This document shows, in pieces, positions 19,475-28,665 of a DNA stretch of 64,000 bases. The notes beneath the pieces were generated by a model. That model ran no database searches, was not told the origin of the DNA, and saw nothing but the letters and a program-made list of their open reading frames with translations. The DNA comes from an uncultured Clostridia bacterium (GTDB lineage: Bacteria > Bacillota > Clostridia > Christensenellales > Aristaeellaceae). The stretch's first letter is position 1. The number at the start of each line of letters is the position of its first letter. Where the stretch lies: positions 9,970 through 73,969 of the forward strand of contig CALCUD010000025.1 in assembly GCA_937906775.1 (NCBI GenBank), in the 5' to 3' direction. The translations under genes and the position numbers were made by a program.

Positions 19475-21934
19475 TCAGGTCAACTTCATTTCGGTGACAG
19501 TATAATCACAGGCCTCCACCGTTTCTTTCAGACGGGAAGGATCCGTGTCTTTTGCCATAATAACAGTCACGCGTCCTGTTATATGATCGGCCGTGACCGT
19601 CCGGACACCGTGTAACGCTCCGAGCGCGTTCCGGACGGTCGCCTCGCAATGAGGACACATCATTCCGGAAACATGCATATCAATAGATAATTCGTCCTGT
19701 GTTTGATGTTTCCTTCTTTTTCCGCTCTTTTTTATATCGTGGGAAGCGTCACGCAGAGCCAGCCGATTCAACCGGAGCGCATTACTCACGACGCAGAAGC
19801 TGCTCAGACTCATGCACAGGGCGCCCAGCATGGGATTTACCGTCAGTTCGGTCCACGGCGTCAGCGCGCCGGCAGCCAGCGGGATCAGCAGCAGATTATA
19901 TCCGAATGCCCAGAAAAGATTCTGCCGGATGTTTCGCAGCGCAGCCCGTCCGAGCCGGATCGCGGCCGCGGCGTCTGTCAGCGAATCGTTCATCAGAACG
20001 ATATCCGCCGCGTCGATCGCAACATCCGTCCCAGCCCCGATCGCCGCCGAAACATCTGCTGTTTTCAGCGCCGGCGCGTCATTGATACCGTCTCCGATCA
20101 TCATCACAAGTCCACCCCGGCGGAGTTCAGCGATCCGGACCGCTTTTTCGGACGGGAGCACGCCGGCGAACACTTCCTGAATACCGACCTTTCCGGCAAT
20201 CGCTCGGGCTGTTGTCTCCCGGTCGCCTGTCAGCATCACGACCCGGATCCCCATTCCCTGCAGCTGACGGACTGCTTCCGGGCTGTCCTTCCGCAGCGTG
20301 TCCGTCACCGCAACAGTACCGAGCCATTCACCGTTTTCCGTAAACAGGATCGGTGTTTTTCCTTCCCCGGACATCCGTTCGCAGTCATTCCGGACCTTTT
20401 CCGGTACATCCGTCACCGTTTCTGTAAACCGGAGGCTTCCGCCCGTCACCTTCTTTCCGTCCATTTCACCCCGGACGCCGTTCCCCGGCAGCGTTTCAAA
20501 CCGGCATAATTCCGGATCCCCGCTGTCCGTTTCCCCGAAAGCCTTCCGCACTGCCAGCGCAAGCGGGTGTTCGCTTTCCTTTTCCAGTGCGCGGGCGACG
20601 CGCTCCAACGTTTCCCGGCCGCGTGCCGGTATGATCTCACAGACTTCCGGATCTCCGGCTGTGACAGTACCGGTTTTGTCCAATGCGACGATCTCCGTCC
20701 GTCCCGCAGTCTCCATGGCTGAGGCGGTTTTGAAAAGGATCCCGTTTCGGGCGCCGAGGCCCGTGGAAACCATGATCGCCACCGGCGTGGCCAGTCCCAT
20801 CGCGCAGGGGCAGGAAATCACAAGGACTGAAACGGCATGCATGATCGCCTTTTCGGTTCCGCCCCCGATCAGAAGCCAGATCAGCGCGGTCACTGCTGCG
20901 ATTCCGATCACGGCCGGAACAAACACGCTTGCAACCCGGTCCGCGAGACGGGCCACCGGCGCCTTGCCCGCGGACGCTTCCCGGACCATCCGGATGATCT
21001 CCCGCAGAGCGGTATCCTTTCCTACCCGGGTTGCCCGGCAGCGGAGGAATCCCGCTGTATTCAGCGTCCCGCAAAAGATCGTATCTCCGGCGGATTTATC
21101 GACCGGCAGGCTTTCCCCTGTCAGCATGGACTCATCCGTCGCGCCGTCTCCCGACAGGACGACGCCGTCCGCCGGGATCCGCTCCCCGGCGCGGATCAGA
21201 AAGATCTCGCCCTCCCGCAGTTCATCCGCGGAGATCCGGATCTCTGTTCCGTCACGTTCGACCCGGGCCTGCGCCGGAGCAAGAGAGATCAGTCCCCGAA
21301 GCGAATCCGCGGTTCTCCCTTTGGACCGCGCCTCCAGCATTTTTCCCACGGTGATCAGGGTCAGGATCATGGCGGAAGATTCAAAATACAGAGTCGGTAT
21401 TCCGGACGCCGTACAGAGCGTTACAGCGCTGTAAACAAAACTGACGCCTGAGCCAAGCGCCACCAGTGTATCCATATTGGGCGATCCGTGAAGGATTCCT
21501 TTTGTTCCGTTGATAAAGAATTTCCGGTTGATCAGAGCCACAGCCAGCGCAAGGATCCCCTCCGCGATCCCGGCAGCTTTCGGATCCGCGGTCAGGAATG
21601 CCGGGGCCGGCCAGTTGAACATCATGACGCCCATGGAAAGGTACATCAGCGGAAGCATCAGGCATACGGAAAAGATCAGCCGCCGCAGAAGCTCCCCCGT
21701 TTCATCCGGCTGTAATGCCATTTCCGCGGATTCGGGATCGTCGACCTCCGCGCGGTATCCCGCGGCGGATACGGAAGCAAGGATATCCTCCGGTTTCTCC
21801 GTTCCCTCTGTCCGCAGGGAACCTGTCAGCAGGTTGACCTGACAGTCCGTTACGCCCGGCACGGAACGGGCCGCCTTTTCCACTCTGGAAACACAGGCGG
21901 CGCAACTCATTCCCGTGATGCGATACTGTCCCAT
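19475..21934 (-). CDS. copA: copper-translocating P1B-type ATPase
   Basis: GMSCAAC, TGES, CPC, DKTGT, SEHPL, GDGINDAP, YN..LIP, MSLSS; C-terminal GMMCPHC. Confidence 0.92.
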   Translation of the reverse strand: MGQYRITGMSCAACVSRVEKAARSVPGVTDCQVNLLTGSLRTEGTEKPEDILASVSAAGYRAEVDDPESAEMALQPDETGELLRRLIFSVCLMLPLMYLSMGVMMFNWPAPAFLTADPKAAGIAEGILALAVALINRKFFINGTKGILHGSPNMDTLVALGSGVSFVYSAVTLCTASGIPTLYFESSAMILTLITVGKMLEARSKGRTADSLRGLISLAPAQARVERDGTEIRISADELREGEIFLIRAGERIPADGVVLSGDGATDESMLTGESLPVDKSAGDTIFCGTLNTAGFLRCRATRVGKDTALREIIRMVREASAGKAPVARLADRVASVFVPAVIGIAAVTALIWLLIGGGTEKAIMHAVSVLVISCPCAMGLATPVAIMVSTGLGARNGILFKTASAMETAGRTEIVALDKTGTVTAGDPEVCEIIPARGRETLERVARALEKESEHPLALAVRKAFGETDSGDPELCRFETLPGNGVRGEMDGKKVTGGSLRFTETVTDVPEKVRNDCERMSGEGKTPILFTENGEWLGTVAVTDTLRKDSPEAVRQLQGMGIRVVMLTGDRETTARAIAGKVGIQEVFAGVLPSEKAVRIAELRRGGLVMMIGDGINDAPALKTADVSAAIGAGTDVAIDAADIVLMNDSLTDAAAAIRLGRAALRNIRQNLFWAFGYNLLLIPLAAGALTPWTELTVNPMLGALCMSLSSFCVVSNALRLNRLALRDASHDIKKSGKRRKHQTQDELSIDMHVSGMMCPHCEATVRNALGALHGVRTVTADHITGRVTVIMAKDTDPSRLKETVEACDYTVTEMKLT

Positions 21935-21949
21935 GCGCTCCTCGCTTTC

Positions 21950-22738
21950 TTATTCCAGATATTCCTTTCCGGCGGGAATATCCTGTTCCTGCGCATCAAG
22001 GAAATAGGCCCTGTGCGCGTCATCCAGTTCAACCTGCGGCATAACAAACCGCTCTGCCGGTACATGCAGACCGATCGGGCCGTGATTCAGGATCAGGGAG
22101 ACAAAGTCCCCGATCCCGATTAATTTTTCTTCCAGTTCCACCCCGTAGACCGGGCGTTCATCAGCCGGGCTCCTGTGGTTGTCGGATCCTGCGATCGTAA
22201 CCAGATTCTTTTCCCGCGCCATGAGCATGCAGCGCGCGTCATCCAGCTGTTCATTGCCGGCGTTGGCGACCTCCACGCCGTCGCAGAAATCCAGCCCGAT
22301 CCTGATCCTGCCCATATACGATGTGCGCATCCGGAACGGATGCGCCTGGATGACGCAGCCGCCGGCCCTGTGAACCCACGCAAGCTGTTCCCGGCGCGTC
22401 CAGCGCGGCATTTCCGGATGGGCTTTCATGAATTCTTTGGTCAGTCCGTAAACAAGATATTCATCCCCGGCATAGTGCTGTTCCAGGCCGAAGAATACGT
22501 CAAGCCCGACCTTCGTTCCCTCTTCCAGCGCGTCCTCGTAACCGGACCAGAACCCGTCCACATACTGATCCCATGGCAGATTCCGGTCGATTCTCGTGTT
22601 TCCGCCGAAAAAATGATCGGTCACAATGATCCCGGTATAACCGATATCTTTATAGTAATGCACATGCTCCCTGCCTGTGCTGACGCCGCAGGCGCTGGCC
22701 TGGCAGGTATGCATGTGAGTCTCATACAAAAAGCTCAT
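21950..22738 (-). CDS. PHP-domain protein
   Basis: ETHMHT, TDH, AHP, GSDNH. Confidence 0.85.
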   Translation of the reverse strand: MSFLYETHMHTCQASACGVSTGREHVHYYKDIGYTGIIVTDHFFGGNTRIDRNLPWDQYVDGFWSGYEDALEEGTKVGLDVFFGLEQHYAGDEYLVYGLTKEFMKAHPEMPRWTRREQLAWVHRAGGCVIQAHPFRMRTSYMGRIRIGLDFCDGVEVANAGNEQLDDARCMLMAREKNLVTIAGSDNHRSPADERPVYGVELEEKLIGIGDFVSLILNHGPIGLHVPAERFVMPQVELDDAHRAYFLDAQEQDIPAGKEYLE

Positions 22739-22764
22739 TCGTCCGTCCTTCCTTTCCGTGCCGC

Positions 22765-22793
22765 ATTATACGCCTTCGCGCAAGGCCATGCAA
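22765..22793 (-). promoter_or_regulatory. sigma-A promoter with inverted repeat in spacer
   Basis: TTGCAT-17bp-TATAAT; GCCTT-N5-AAGGC at 22772-22786. Confidence 0.65.
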
Positions 22794-22854
22794 GGAAAAA
22801 ACTTCCTGTTTGAGTTTTCTCTGAACTTTTCACTGTGCACGCAGAAAACAACGT

Positions 22855-24042
22855 TCAGACGGTTTCGTCCACTTTCATGATCACGCGGAGCCGGCGCGCG
22901 ACCGTCCCGTTTTCCATTTCTTCCCGGTCGATGACGGTTATGCCGAGCTGCGCGGCCCGATGGCGGGCTGCCGCTCCGCACAGTTCGGTGGTCACGATGG
23001 CTGCCTTTGCGCCTTTCCCGCCGAAACGGTCCCGAAGGATCGCCAGTTCGTTGAGCGCCTCCGTCTTGATCTCACAGGTTTTGCAGCTGATGAACAGCGG
23101 CAGCGTCCCGCGTCCGGCCACCGCATCGATCTCGTTGGATACCGCATCCCGGGTCCCGTCCGCTTCCCAGTCCACGATGGCGGAACTGACGACATCCCCG
23201 AAAATTTTCGCGTCCAGGCAGGCCTTGTATATGTACAGTTCCAGAACGCTTCCGATATCCCGCAGCCAGAACCGTACCTGTTCGTCCGCAAACGCAAAGG
23301 ATACCCGGTTCGGATCGGACAGATCCAGCTTTTCCAGGAATCTGATATCTGCCAGTTCTTTCAGCATCTCGGGCGGCGCCGTCACATTTTTGCCCCGTTC
23401 CCCCTTCTGGATCCTTGTTCCGGAAACGGAAAGGGAAAAAGGCTCTCCTTCCTTCGGCTGGGAGATCCGCTGGAAAAAGGTCACGGCACCGGTCCATTTA
23501 CGGCGGTACCGGAGATAGATTGCGAAGAAAGCGTCATACTGTTGAAGATGCCGTTCCAGAAGCGCGTTGTCAACACGTCCGGGGCGCATTCTGCCTCCGG
23601 CGATCCTGAAAAATTCTTCGACCGTATAGCTCAGCCCGCAGGGCGTTTCCTCCGCGAACGGCGCGTTCAGAATATCGTAAAATCTGTTTTGTTTTCTGGA
23701 ATAGGTGAATGCGGGAATTCCCTTTTCACGGCAGATCATACCGGCGGCGAAAAGGGCGGCGTCCGTTCCGCCGGTAATATCGATCGCGCAGTCGGGATAC
23801 TGATCCGTCAGTTTCCGCAGACGGTTCAGGATCCTGTCGGTCTTGTACAGACTGGTTTCGGCAAATTCGGTCTCCAGCTTCAGTCCCCTTGCCGCGAAAT
23901 GCTCCTTCAGGCTGCTTTTCAGGGATGCGTTGCTGACGGTTTCCGCGGTGCACAGGTAGATCACGCGCTCCGGCCGGAATGTCTCGACCGAGATCGTATT
24001 TTCGATACTGCGTTCCTCAAAAAGCTGAATCAGGGTTTTCAT
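22855..24042 (-). CDS. DUF1887 / Card1-like CARF-domain PD-(D/E)xK nuclease
   Basis: N-terminal Rossmann-like strands with DITGGT; C-terminal GSVLELY, NEIDAV...FISCKT; start MKTLIQ after GAGGTG. Confidence 0.75.
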   Translation of the reverse strand: MKTLIQLFEERSIENTISVETFRPERVIYLCTAETVSNASLKSSLKEHFAARGLKLETEFAETSLYKTDRILNRLRKLTDQYPDCAIDITGGTDAALFAAGMICREKGIPAFTYSRKQNRFYDILNAPFAEETPCGLSYTVEEFFRIAGGRMRPGRVDNALLERHLQQYDAFFAIYLRYRRKWTGAVTFFQRISQPKEGEPFSLSVSGTRIQKGERGKNVTAPPEMLKELADIRFLEKLDLSDPNRVSFAFADEQVRFWLRDIGSVLELYIYKACLDAKIFGDVVSSAIVDWEADGTRDAVSNEIDAVAGRGTLPLFISCKTCEIKTEALNELAILRDRFGGKGAKAAIVTTELCGAAARHRAAQLGITVIDREEMENGTVARRLRVIMKVDETV

Positions 24043-24091
24043 CTGTTTCACCTCAGCGTCATCGTGATTCATCCGAATCATATATTACACC

Positions 24092-24133
24092 AAAAAGAAG
24101 ATCCGGAAAAGAGTTGTTGCTCCTTTCCGGATC
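24092..24133 (-). terminator. terminator of MacAB-like operon
   Basis: GATCCGGAAA...TTTCCGGATC stem with T-tract on minus strand. Confidence 0.7.
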
Positions 24134-24233
24134 CGGCGTGTTCCACGCCGCAATCTTCATGTTCCCGCCGTCATTCCGCGAAATTTTCCGGTCCGCGTTC
24201 CGGGAATCCGCCGTCAGTTCCTTCAGGCGGCTG

Positions 24234-25394
24234 TCATTCCGGCATTTCCGGAAGAACGGCTGCGTTGTTCTCCGCGCCGGTTTCCTCCGTCGCGGTTTCC
24301 GGTTCGGCAGATTCTTCCGGAGTATCGTCAGGCACGGATACCACCGCCGTCAGACCGTAAGCCGCGTTCGTGATATCTGAAAGCTTAACGCTCACGGTGA
24401 AGCTCGATTCCTCGCTGTCCTCCGCGGCCGCCGTTCCGATCATGCCGATCCGTTCCCCCGTACCCGCCACGGCAAACTCACCGTTATTGACATAGGTGAA
24501 TTCCACCAGCACCGTATCCCCGACCTTCAGATTGATCAGATCGCTCTCTCCGATAGGCGCTTCCACACGCAGGCCGTTATCGGGATTGATCTCGCACACG
24601 GTATCTCCGGCGTTCAAAGCTGCTCCGGCGTTAATGCTCAGCGTGGCGATCACGCCGTCCGTTTCCGCCCGGATGACCGTCAGATCCTGATCCGCGCCGT
24701 TCCTTGTTCCGGATACAGTTTCGAACAGCAGATCCCCGGCATGAACTTCCGCGCCGTCCTCGGCGGCAAAAGCCGCGATCAGCCCCGTACCGGTGTAGGC
24801 CAGATTAGCCGCCAGCGCCGTGTTCCCTTTTCCGATCTTGGAGGTGGACGCCAGCGTCTCGTCGCGGTAAATGATGGCGCTCTCGCCGGAAACAAGATCG
24901 CCGTCCGTCACTTCCACCGTATAGCTGTTGCCGCTGACGGAAGTCACGATGCCGGTTCCCTTATGCCCGTTCGACGTAACGTTCAGCCAGACTTTTTCAC
25001 CGGGATGGATGATTTTGTTGGCTTCCGCGTTGTACGCATTTCTGGTTGAGCCGGAGATGGTATACCGGATCTTCGGTTCCACATAGGCCACAGCGCCATA
25101 GCGGGTCGCGACAGTTTCCGCGTTGTCGCCGATCTGGCCGAACAGGCGCACGGTTCCGTCCTGCTCCGCGAAAACTTTTGTCGTTTCAATGGTCGCCAGA
25201 ACGTCTCCCGCGCTGACATGATCCCCCACATGGACATTCACGTTTTCAACGGTACCGCCGTAGGAAGCCGTCTGGACCAGTACACTGTCGCAGACAACGC
25301 TGCCCGTCAGGCTCACGCCGTCCGCAATCGCGCAGGCACTCAGCAGGCACAGAATCAATCCGATCGCCAGGGTCGTTTTCCAATGTTTCCTCAT
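24234..25394 (-). CDS. secreted efflux membrane-fusion (adaptor) protein
   Basis: Signal peptide MRKHWK...ACAIA; repeated lipoyl-like VGDHVSAGDVLA motifs; acidic tail. Confidence 0.8.
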   Translation of the reverse strand: MRKHWKTTLAIGLILCLLSACAIADGVSLTGSVVCDSVLVQTASYGGTVENVNVHVGDHVSAGDVLATIETTKVFAEQDGTVRLFGQIGDNAETVATRYGAVAYVEPKIRYTISGSTRNAYNAEANKIIHPGEKVWLNVTSNGHKGTGIVTSVSGNSYTVEVTDGDLVSGESAIIYRDETLASTSKIGKGNTALAANLAYTGTGLIAAFAAEDGAEVHAGDLLFETVSGTRNGADQDLTVIRAETDGVIATLSINAGAALNAGDTVCEINPDNGLRVEAPIGESDLINLKVGDTVLVEFTYVNNGEFAVAGTGERIGMIGTAAAEDSEESSFTVSVKLSDITNAAYGLTAVVSVPDDTPEESAEPETATEETGAENNAAVLPEMPE

Positions 25395-25423
25395 GATAAT
25401 CCCCCTCCGTTGTCCATTTATGT

Positions 25424-26635
25424 TCAATTGGCGCGCAGCGCGTCAATCGGGTTCAGTTTGCTGGCCTTCCGGGCGGGTGCCCAGCCGAAGAGAATGCCGA
25501 CCGCGGCGCTGAAGCCGACCCCCAGCAGGATTGCCCCGGTATTCAGGGTAAAGGCCATGTCCATCACATTGCAGAGAATCATGCTCAGGATTTCACCGAG
25601 AAGCACACCGATCAGTCCGCCGATGATGCTCAGCAGGAAGCTTTCGATCAGGAACTGGACCTGAATCTGCCACGGAATCGCGCCGAGTGCTTTCTTCAGA
25701 CCGATCTCCGCGGTGCGTTCCGTAACGGTGGTCAGCATCATATTCATGATGCCGATCCCGCCGACAACCAGCGCGATGCTCGCGATTCCCGCCAGAAGGG
25801 TGCTCACCATTCCCAGCATGGACTCCATGGTATCCTCAATGCTGCTCATGGTAGTGATCGTAAAGCAGTCATCCTCAAAGGAGAACATGGCATCCAGCTT
25901 TTCTTCCAGAAGATCCGAAGCGGATTCGGAATCCGTGTCATCCTTCAGGTAGACCGTCATTCCCGTAACCAGGCTCGCGTTGTTCATCTTCAGCCCGGTC
26001 GTATAGGGGATCAGGATATCCGCGCTGCCGCTTATGATATCGGTCAGGCTCTTGCTCGCGTCATCGTTCATCAGGCCGACCACCAGGAACGGGATTCCCT
26101 CGATATACACGGTTTCCCCCACCGGATCAACGCCATAGAACAGTTCCTCCACGGTATCTCCGTTGATCAGGCAGACAAAACAGCGGTTGTCCTCATCAAT
26201 GGTCGTCAGCTTCCGGCCGCGTCCGACCGCGTCCGGATTTCGGGTGAAGTAATAGGCATTCTTGCCGGAGACCGCAACGTTCGTCTGATATTTCCCGCCC
26301 CGGCTGACCCGGGCCCGCAGACTGACAGACGGCGTGATTCCGTCAACAATCTCCAGCTCTGCGAGTTCCTTCAGATCGTCCGCGCTGAGGCCTTCCTTCA
26401 GGTCGCTGCCGGTGACGCTGACCATCAGTGTGCCGGCGCCCATGCCGCTGAAGCTGTCGCTCAGGGTTCCGGAGAAACCGGAGACCGTAGTGATCAGGGC
26501 AATCACGGCGGTAACACCGATCATGATGCCGAGGATCGTCAGGAAGCTCCGGACCTTGTTGCCGCGGATGTTGTCCAGGCTCATGACAAAACATTCCTTC
26601 AGCATGATCAGGGGTTTCCGGAATGACTTAAGCAT
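25424..26635 (-). CDS. MacB/FtsX-like ABC permease
   Basis: RSFLTILGIMIG, GGIGIMNMML, ERTAEIGLKKALGA, PARKASKLNPIDALR. Confidence 0.92.
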   Translation of the reverse strand: MLKSFRKPLIMLKECFVMSLDNIRGNKVRSFLTILGIMIGVTAVIALITTVSGFSGTLSDSFSGMGAGTLMVSVTGSDLKEGLSADDLKELAELEIVDGITPSVSLRARVSRGGKYQTNVAVSGKNAYYFTRNPDAVGRGRKLTTIDEDNRCFVCLINGDTVEELFYGVDPVGETVYIEGIPFLVVGLMNDDASKSLTDIISGSADILIPYTTGLKMNNASLVTGMTVYLKDDTDSESASDLLEEKLDAMFSFEDDCFTITTMSSIEDTMESMLGMVSTLLAGIASIALVVGGIGIMNMMLTTVTERTAEIGLKKALGAIPWQIQVQFLIESFLLSIIGGLIGVLLGEILSMILCNVMDMAFTLNTGAILLGVGFSAAVGILFGWAPARKASKLNPIDALRAN

Positions 26636-27323
26636 CTCCGAAATCACCGCCTTCCGTCAGAACGCCGTCAATGATATGCACCACCCGTTTCGCGAAGGAC
26701 GCGATATGAGTGTCGTGGGTAATCATAATGATGGTTTTCCCTTCTTCGCTCAGCTCCTGAAACAGCTCCATGACCTGAAATCCCGTTTTCTGGTCCAGTG
26801 CGCCGGTGGGTTCGTCCGCCAGCAGAATGCTGGGATTTCCGACCAGCGCCCTGGCCACCGCGACCCGTTGCTGCTGTCCGCCGGAGAGCTGATTGGGCCG
26901 GTGCCCCATCCGGTCCTCCAGGCCGACCCGGACCAGCATCTCCCGGGCGCGTTCACGCCGCTCCTTCGGGGGAACACCGGCATAGATCAGGGGCAGCTCC
27001 ACGTTCTTCTGCGCCGTGAGTCGGGGCAGAAGCTGGCTGTTCTGGAAAACGAATCCGATCTCCCGGGACCGGATACGCGCCAGCTCTTTTTCATCCAGTT
27101 CCTCGATTTCATGCCCGTGGAGGCAGTAGCTTCCGCTGGTCGCAGTATCGAGGCACCCGATAATGTTCATCAGCGTACTCTTTCCGCTTCCGCTGGGGCC
27201 GAGAACGCTCAGATACTCGCCCTGGGAAACGGTCAGGCAGATATCCTTCAGAATATGCGCCTGCTCCTCGCCAATCGTGTAATACTTGTTGATCTTCTCC
27301 ATTTCGAAAAAGAGTTCGCTCAT
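26628..27323 (-). CDS. MacB/LolD-type ABC ATP-binding protein
   Basis: GPSGSGKST, LSGGQQQR, LLADEPTGALD, ITHD. Confidence 0.93.
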   Translation of the reverse strand: MSELFFEMEKINKYYTIGEEQAHILKDICLTVSQGEYLSVLGPSGSGKSTLMNIIGCLDTATSGSYCLHGHEIEELDEKELARIRSREIGFVFQNSQLLPRLTAQKNVELPLIYAGVPPKERRERAREMLVRVGLEDRMGHRPNQLSGGQQQRVAVARALVGNPSILLADEPTGALDQKTGFQVMELFQELSEEGKTIIMITHDTHIASFAKRVVHIIDGVLTEGGDFGDA

Positions 27324-27342
27324 ATTCCGCCCTCTTTTCCGA

Positions 27343-28422
27343 TCAGTTTCCCGACCGGTTTCCGCCGGTTCCGCCGTTGTTGGTCCTGTTGTTTCCACCG
27401 TTCCCGTTATTCATGTTATATCCGCCGTTCCCGCCGCCGAAGTTTCTGTTCCCTCCGGGCATCTGCATGCCGCCGCCAAAGAAGTTCCGGCCGCCGAACA
27501 GACCCGCGAAGAGGCCCGCGGTGGTTGTATCCACCTTCATCTCGGCATAGACTGTATCTCCGGATGCCAGTCCTTCCGTAATCTCGACATAGTTACCGTT
27601 GGAAACGCCGGTCGCGATATACTGCCGCGTGACCTGATCCTCCTCATCCCGGAGGTATACAAAAGCCTTGTTGTTCTCGTCAAAGCTGATCGCGTCCGCC
27701 TTCAGGATCACGACGTCGGTCGCCTCTTCCTTGGGGACGGTCACCGTAACCTGCATTCCGGGGTAGCAGCCTTCATCCACGTCGACATAGGCCTTCGCGG
27801 TATAGTAAGCGACACTTCCTCCGGAGCTGGAAACATAGTCTATGGAAGCAATGGTGCTTTCAAACGTTTTCTCCGTGGCGGTCGTCGTAATCCGGCAGTC
27901 ATCCCCCACGTGCACATCGCCGATGTCGTATTCATCCACGCGAATGCTTACCGTCATGTGTGTAAAATCCACAATCTGAGCCACGGCGTCATCCGCGGCT
28001 ACCGTATCACCGGTGGCATAGTAGACCTGATTCACGGTTCCGTCGATCTCCGCTTCCGGTGTCTGCCCGTTGCTGAGCTTAGCCAGACGGGTTCCTTTTT
28101 TCACCGGATCCCCTTCCCGGACATAAACCGCCCGGACATCCGGACTGCCTTTGGCATATACGGTCTGGGAATTCACGGTCTGAATGGTGCCGCTGAAGGA
28201 CAGCGCGTTGGATATGCTGCCGGTCGTGGTATTGTACGCTTCATAATTGACGGTATATTCCGCCTTCAGGCGGCTCCAGGCGTAAAAACCGGCACCCGCC
28301 AGAAGAGCCAGGATCAGCAGGGTCACAATCACCCGACGGATAATCCGGCGTGCTTTCCTTTTCTTCTTCTTTTCTTTCCCGATATCCGGTGTCGGCACGG
28401 CTGTCGGCTTTTCATTACTCAT
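27343..28422 (-). CDS. efflux membrane-fusion (adaptor) protein, N-terminally anchored
   Basis: Basic stretch plus TM helix; VREGDPVKKG, VDEYDI, TGVSNGNYVEITEGL; Gly/Asn-rich tail. Confidence 0.85.
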   Translation of the reverse strand: MSNEKPTAVPTPDIGKEKKKKRKARRIIRRVIVTLLILALLAGAGFYAWSRLKAEYTVNYEAYNTTTGSISNALSFSGTIQTVNSQTVYAKGSPDVRAVYVREGDPVKKGTRLAKLSNGQTPEAEIDGTVNQVYYATGDTVAADDAVAQIVDFTHMTVSIRVDEYDIGDVHVGDDCRITTTATEKTFESTIASIDYVSSSGGSVAYYTAKAYVDVDEGCYPGMQVTVTVPKEEATDVVILKADAISFDENNKAFVYLRDEEDQVTRQYIATGVSNGNYVEITEGLASGDTVYAEMKVDTTTAGLFAGLFGGRNFFGGGMQMPGGNRNFGGGNGGYNMNNGNGGNNRTNNGGTGGNRSGN

Positions 28423-28553
28423 AATCCGGTTCTCCTTCCCGTTATTTGCTGCTGGAATCATCATAACATAAATGATCCCGCTTTTTATGAATTCTTGGGA
28501 AACGTAGTATGAACAGATTGTAAACTTATTTCTGAAATCCGTAAATCCGCATG

Positions 28554-28580
28554 AAAAAGCCTTCTCCGGAGGAGAAGGCT
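28554..28580 (-). terminator. intrinsic terminator
   Basis: AGCCTTCTCC/GGAGAAGGCT 10-bp stem with T-tract on minus strand. Confidence 0.8.
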
Positions 28581-28665
28581 CATCTGTCAGAAATCGGGAA
28601 AACAGATATACGACGCGAAAAGGATTCCCGTTCGCGGCGAAGGCCGCGTCCGTGAAGTTCCCCGG

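Noticed and set aside
21950..24042. PHP protein as a co-transcribed ring nuclease for the CARF protein
   Set aside because: The PHP gene has its own consensus-like promoter and is coupled to copA; there is no evidence beyond adjacency.
24234..24236. Selenocysteine or genetic-code reassignment at the in-frame TGA
   Set aside because: It lies in a low-complexity non-redox tail, and TGA clearly ends many other genes in the window.
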